From positions 1 to 17,323 of the forward strand of contig CAZDOL010000003.1 of NCBI GenBank assembly GCA_964507075.1: DNA of 17,323 nt, written 5' to 3'. This document shows positions 13,618 through 17,323 of the stretch, in pieces. The notes under the pieces are model-generated. The model saw only the letters and a list, made by a program, of their open reading frames with translations. It was not told where the DNA came from and searched no databases. How positions within the stretch are numbered: the stretch's first letter is position 1; each line of letters opens with the position of its first letter. This DNA comes from an uncultured Gammaproteobacteria bacterium. Its GTDB lineage: Bacteria > Patescibacteriota > Patescibacteriia > UBA2591 > UBA6264. Both the position numbers and the translations under genes were made by a program.

Positions 13618-15132
13618 ATGATTTATATTGAAATTTTTGTTTCCCTGTTAGTGGGATTTTTAATTGGTTGGTTTGTGCGACAAAGTGTGGCAGCTCATTT
13701 AACTCAATCAGCGGAAACTAAGGCCAAGGATATTATTTCTAAGGCCAAAACAAAACAACAAGAAGTCTTTTTCAAAGCTAAAGAAGAGGCGTTAAAAATT
13801 ATTGATAAGGCAAAAAAAGATGAAGACGCTCGTCGTCAAGAGTTGAAAAAAGCGGAGGACAGGATAGAAAAAAGACAGAATCTCTTTGAGGAAAAAATTT
13901 TAGAACTAGAAGAAAATCGCAAGGTTTTATCCAAAGAAAGGGATAATATTGAAGAAGCTAAAGATAAGATTCGTCAAATTTATGAAAAGGCCCGCACCGA
14001 GTTGGAAAGAATTTCCAATTTAACCACAGAAGAGGCTAAAGAGCTTTTATTAGAGAATATAGAAAAGAAAATAAAAGATGATATTTTAGAAAGAATTAAA
14101 AAATTAGAAGATTACGGAGCGGAAGAAATTGAAAAAAAGTCCAAGAATCTAATTACAAGTGTTATTGAGCGTTGCGCAGCCGCTCATACCTCAGAAACCA
14201 CCACAACCTCGGTATCCTTGTCTTCGGACGAAGTTAAAGGACGCATTATTGGTCGTGAAGGTCGTAATATTAGAGTAATAGAACAACTTACTGGCGTAGA
14301 AATTATCGTTGATGATACTCCAGACGTGGTTTTTGTTTCGGCCTTTAACCCCATTAGACGTCAGTTGGCTAAATTGGTTTTGGATAAATTAATTTTGGAC
14401 GGTCGTATCCAACCAGCAAGAATAGAGAGAATTGTTCAGGAAACAAAAAAGGAATTAGCACGCGATATTAGAAAAGCAGGAGAAGACGCAGTTTATCAGG
14501 TTGGGGTCACTGGATTAGATCCCAAAATAGTTCAATTATTGGGGCGATTAAAATATAGAACCAGTTATGGCCAAAACGTTTTGCAGCATTCACTTGAAGT
14601 AGCAAATTTATCGGCTATGTTAGCCGGGGAATTGGGAGCCAATGTGGCTGTTTGCCGTAAAGCTGGCTTATTGCATGACATTGGTAAAGCCATGGATTTT
14701 GAAATTCAAGGAACTCATCCCGAAATCGGAAAGGACATAGGGGAAAAACATAACCTTTCTCCAGAGGTTATAGTTCCTATTGCCACCCATCATGACGATC
14801 ACCCTCCTACACTAGAAGCAGTTATTGTTAAGGTTGCTGATGCTATTTCTAGCGCTCGCCCAGGAGCCAGGAAAGGAACCTATCAAGAGTATATTAAACG
14901 GTTAGAAGAATTGGAAGATATAGCTAAAAAGTTTGAAGGAGTGGAAAGAGTTTATGCTATTCAGGCGGGTAGAGAGTTAAGGGTTTTTGTGTCTCCAGGA
15001 AAAATAGATGACCTAGAAGCGAGTAAATTGGCTCGTAAAATAGCTGATCAAGTAGAGGAAGAACTAAAATATCCCGGAGAAATTAAAGTAACAGTTATAA
15101 GAGAAAATAGAATTAGCGAATACGCAAGATAG
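13618..15132 (+). CDS. rny: Ribonuclease Y
   Basis: N-terminal membrane anchor, K/E-rich coiled coil, KH domain ([26 protein letters not shown]) and HD domain (LLHDIGKA...ATHHDD). Confidence 0.95.
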   Translation: MIYIEIFVSLLVGFLIGWFVRQSVAAHLTQSAETKAKDIISKAKTKQQEVFFKAKEEALKIIDKAKKDEDARRQELKKAEDRIEKRQNLFEEKILELEENRKVLSKERDNIEEAKDKIRQIYEKARTELERISNLTTEEAKELLLENIEKKIKDDILERIKKLEDYGAEEIEKKSKNLITSVIERCAAAHTSETTTTSVSLSSDEVKGRIIGREGRNIRVIEQLTGVEIIVDDTPDVVFVSAFNPIRRQLAKLVLDKLILDGRIQPARIERIVQETKKELARDIRKAGEDAVYQVGVTGLDPKIVQLLGRLKYRTSYGQNVLQHSLEVANLSAMLAGELGANVAVCRKAGLLHDIGKAMDFEIQGTHPEIGKDIGEKHNLSPEVIVPIATHHDDHPPTLEAVIVKVADAISSARPGARKGTYQEYIKRLEELEDIAKKFEGVERVYAIQAGRELRVFVSPGKIDDLEASKLARKIADQVEEELKYPGEIKVTVIRENRISEYAR

Positions 15133-15142
15133 ATGTCAAGTA

Positions 15143-15171
15143 TTGTTTAATAAGAAAAATTATTGTATACT
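15143..15171 (+). promoter_or_regulatory. Sigma70-type promoter for the rpmH operon
   Basis: TTGTTT (15143-15148), 17-nt spacer, TATACT (15166-15171). Only 7 nt precede the rpmH ATG. Confidence 0.55.
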
Positions 15172-15178
15172 AATTATT

Positions 15179-15316
15179 ATGCCAAAAAGAACTTATCAAC
15201 CCAAAAAGAGAAAAAGAGCCCGCAAGCATGGATTTCTTAAAAGAATGAGAACTGTTGCAGGGCGTAATATTATTAAAAGAAGAAGAGCTAAGGGTCGCCA
15301 GAAGTTGACCGTATAA
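15179..15316 (+). CDS. rpmH: 50S ribosomal protein L34 (absent from the ORF track because it is short)
   Basis: My own translation gives [45 protein letters not shown]. This is the canonical L34 sequence, in the conserved position upstream of rnpA. Confidence 0.93.
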   Translation: MPKRTYQPKKRKRARKHGFLKRMRTVAGRNIIKRRRAKGRQKLTV

Positions 15317-15325
15317 TTTTTAGCT

Positions 15326-15670
15326 ATGCTTCCAAAGAAGTATCGTTTAATTAAAGATAAAGATTTCGCCAGAGTGGCTCGTTATGGCCAAAAGGCCTAT
15401 AGTCGGGAATTGAATTTAAAATGGATAAAGAATAATCAATCTTGTTCGCGTTTTGGCATAATTGTTTCTCTTAAAGTTGACAAAAAGGCGGTTATTCGCA
15501 ATAAGATAAAGAGACGTTTAAGGGCCATATTAAGAGAAAAAATTAGTTTTTTGGTTCCTGGTTGGGATGTTATTGTTATAACAAAAGACAGGATTAAAGA
15601 ATTGGACTATTCTCAGCTACAAAACATGTTTTTAGAAATTTTGAACAAAAATAATTTAATAATTTGTTAA
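15326..15670 (+). CDS. rnpA: Ribonuclease P protein component
   Basis: LPKKYRL..KDF, RFGIIVSLKV.KKAVIRNKIKRRLRAILRE. Conserved rpmH-rnpA synteny. Confidence 0.9.
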   Translation: MLPKKYRLIKDKDFARVARYGQKAYSRELNLKWIKNNQSCSRFGIIVSLKVDKKAVIRNKIKRRLRAILREKISFLVPGWDVIVITKDRIKELDYSQLQNMFLEILNKNNLIIC

Positions 15671-15672
15671 AA

Positions 15673-15927
15673 ATGAACAAACTTTTGATTTTTCCCAAGT
15701 TATTAATTTTAAAATTGATTCGTTTTTATCAAAAAACATTTTCTCCAGACCATGGACCATTTTCTTTAATACATCCTTGGCCAGGTGTTTGCAGGTTTCG
15801 TCCCACTTGTTCAGAATATGCTTATTTGGCTATTGATAAGTATGGGATAGCAAAAGGATCCATAAAGGCCATTTGGAGAATTCTCCGTTGTAATCCCTGG
15901 TCTAAAGGTGGTTGGGATGAACCATAG
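15673..15927 (+). CDS. yidD: Membrane protein insertion efficiency factor YidD
   Basis: FYQKTFSP....CRFRPTCSEYAYLAIDKYGIAKGSIKAIWRILRCNPWSKGGWDEP. I prefer the ATG at 15673 over the ORF-track TTG at 15664. Confidence 0.9.
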   Translation: MNKLLIFPKLLILKLIRFYQKTFSPDHGPFSLIHPWPGVCRFRPTCSEYAYLAIDKYGIAKGSIKAIWRILRCNPWSKGGWDEP

Positions 15928-15928
15928 A

Positions 15929-16057
15929 CATAGAAACATTGGAACATGAGAACATGGGAACAATTTAACAATTAGCAATTAACAATTAATTTATTAGAAA
16001 TTAGAAATTTATTACATATTTTATGTTCTAATGCTCTAATGTTCTAATGCTCTAATG
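15929..16057. repeat. Mosaic of short tandem repeats forming an imperfect long inverted repeat between yidD and yidC
   Basis: Left arm 15929-15962 contains GAACATG(A/G)G repeats. The centre holds AACAATT/AGCAATT/AACAATT and ATTAGAA x2. Right arm 16023-16057 is ATGYTCTA x4. About 24 of 34 arm positions are complementary by hand alignment. Confidence 0.7.
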
Positions 16058-16064
16058 AGATATT

Positions 16065-16778
16065 ATGATTGAATTTTTCAAAGTAATTCTTTATGAACCA
16101 TTTTTAAATCTTTTGGTTTTTTTCTATAATATAATACCTGGTCACGATCTTGGGATTTCAATTATTTTTTTGACTCTTAGTATTAAATTACTACTTTTGC
16201 CACTTTCCATGAAAGCAGTAAAGGGACAAAAAGAATTAAAAGAATTACAGCCGAGATTGGATGAGATAAAGAAAAAATACGCCAAGGACAAAGAGAAACA
16301 GACAAAGGCCATAATGAATTTATATAAAGAAAACAAAGTGAATCCTTTTTCTTCTTGTTTGCCTTTATTGATTCAGCTTCCTATCTTAATTGCTGTTTTT
16401 CAAGTTTTTAGGAGTGGCTTAACAGAGGTTAATTTGCCTGTTTATTCTTTTATTCATAATCCAGGTGCGCTTAATACCATAGGTTTTGGTTTTTTAGTTC
16501 TTAGCGCGCCAAATATTTTTTTAGCAGTGATAACCGGCATAGCGCAATATATTCAAGCTAGTATGTTATCAGGCGTTAGTCCACTTAAATCTGTAGCCAA
16601 AAAAGAAGGAGCCAAAGATGAGGGCATGATGACTACGATGAATAAGCAAATGAAATTTATGATGCCAGTAATGACTATTATTATTGGGAGCACTCTTCCC
16701 AGCGGTTTAATGATTTATTGGCTTATAGGTATTGTTTTCACTATATTAGAACAGAAGATTATATTTAAAAGAAAGTAA
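16065..16778 (+). CDS. yidC: YidC/Oxa1-family membrane protein insertase (short form)
   Basis: ISIIFLTLSIKLLLLPL, LQPRLDEIKKKY, MNLYKENKVNPFSSCLPLLIQLPILIAVF, and C-terminal SGLMIYWLIGIVFTILEQ. Confidence 0.92.
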   Translation: MIEFFKVILYEPFLNLLVFFYNIIPGHDLGISIIFLTLSIKLLLLPLSMKAVKGQKELKELQPRLDEIKKKYAKDKEKQTKAIMNLYKENKVNPFSSCLPLLIQLPILIAVFQVFRSGLTEVNLPVYSFIHNPGALNTIGFGFLVLSAPNIFLAVITGIAQYIQASMLSGVSPLKSVAKKEGAKDEGMMTTMNKQMKFMMPVMTIIIGSTLPSGLMIYWLIGIVFTILEQKIIFKRK

Positions 16779-16799
16779 ATCTATTCATCTATAAATTTT

Positions 16800-17165
16800 A
16801 TGTTCGTATTGCTCAATATTATCAAATCATTTTTTGTTGATACTTTGTTGAGTATTTTTTATTTTCCTGTTTGGTGGTATGGACCTGGGCTTAAAAAAAG
16901 ATTTTTGATTTTTAGGGGGCAGGTTAAAAAATTATCTAAAGCCTTAGCCTTAAAAATTATGTTTGCCAATTATTTTAAGCCTATGTTTGGAGAATATTCT
17001 AGAACAGGTAGGATGATTAGCTTTTTCATGAGGACAATTCTTTTGTTTTGGCGTCTTCTTTTGTTTTTGGTAAGTTTTTTGGGTTTGTTAGTTTTATTTT
17101 TAGTTTGGATTATTTTGCCTATTGTGGCTATTTGGCAAATAATCATTGAATTAACATCATCATAA
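16800..17165 (+). CDS. Hypothetical small membrane protein
   Basis: 121 aa with hydrophobic N- and C-terminal helices (FLVSFLGLLVLFLVWIILPIVAIW). Same strand as yidC. No family recognised. Confidence 0.5.
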   Translation: MFVLLNIIKSFFVDTLLSIFYFPVWWYGPGLKKRFLIFRGQVKKLSKALALKIMFANYFKPMFGEYSRTGRMISFFMRTILLFWRLLLFLVSFLGLLVLFLVWIILPIVAIWQIIIELTSS

Positions 17166-17207
17166 TTAAAATACCTTAATTTATATATAATGATAATTTA
17201 ATTTCAA

Positions 17208-17323
17208 GGTTCTGCGAGCACAGCGAGCAGGTTCTTACTATGAGCGTAGCGCGAATAGCAAGGTTCTACGAGCACAGCGAGCAGGTTCTTACTATGAGCG
17301 TAGCGCGAATAGCAAGGTTCTAC
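17208..17323. repeat. GC-rich 54-bp tandem repeat truncated by the window end
   Basis: Unit GGTTCT[G/A]CGAGCACAGCGAGCAGGTTCTTACTATGAGCGTAGCGCGAATAGCAA occurs at 17208-17261 and 17262-17315. The first 8 nt of a third unit are at 17316-17323. One mismatch: 17214 g versus 17268 a. Confidence 0.9.

Noticed and set aside
15941-15962. LexA/Cheo-box-like GAAC..GAAC motifs
   Set aside because: The half-sites are direct repeats (GAACATGAGAAC) rather than the inverted GAAC-N4-GTTC arrangement.
17208-17323. Possible CRISPR array (a regularly spaced GGTTCT..GCGAGCA repeat)
   Set aside because: The whole 54-bp unit is repeated, including what would be the spacer. There are no unique spacers, no cas genes are in view, and the period is shorter than typical repeat-plus-spacer units.
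1-17323. Alternative genetic code (UGA as a sense codon, as in some candidate phyla)
   Set aside because: All long ORFs are intact under the standard code, and TGA is used as a stop (11906-11908). Nothing requires recoding.

Overview
This is an AT-rich, tightly packed bacterial chromosomal segment using the standard genetic code (TAA, TAG and one TGA stop). Gene content and style suggest a small-genome, CPR/Patescibacteria-like organism; that placement is inference only.

Layout:
- 1-4.1 kb: tRNA-Gly diverging from a three-gene MacAB-type export module (membrane-fusion adaptor, ABC ATPase, FtsX/MacB permease). A highly structured 173-nt spacer splits the ATPase and permease genes.
- 4.2-8.7 kb: tRNA-Pro, a secreted SpoIID-domain protein, a MOP-family flippase, an O-antigen-ligase-like protein and tRNA-Ser.
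- 8.7-12.9 kb: the accessory-looking part. A 569-bp module carrying a transglutaminase-like gene is duplicated almost perfectly (883-bp period) around a 74-aa orphan ORF. Then come a cluster of GGGGAC-N-GTCCCC palindromes, a DUF523 gene, three orphan genes (one DUF3419/BtaA-like) and tRNA-Ala.
- 12.9-17.2 kb: housekeeping genes clpP, rny and rpmH-rnpA-yidD-yidC, plus a small membrane protein.
- The window ends inside a GC-rich 54-bp tandem repeat.

No recognisable defence, CRISPR-Cas, transposase or integrase gene is present.

Observations most worth following up:
- the tRNA-Ser-adjacent duplicated module;
- a conserved two-hairpin trailer that begins at the encoded CCA of two tRNAs;
- tRNAs placed at or inside the 3' ends of protein genes;
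- consensus promoters lying 6-9 nt from start codons, implying leaderless mRNAs;
- several unexplained structured or repetitive intergenic elements.
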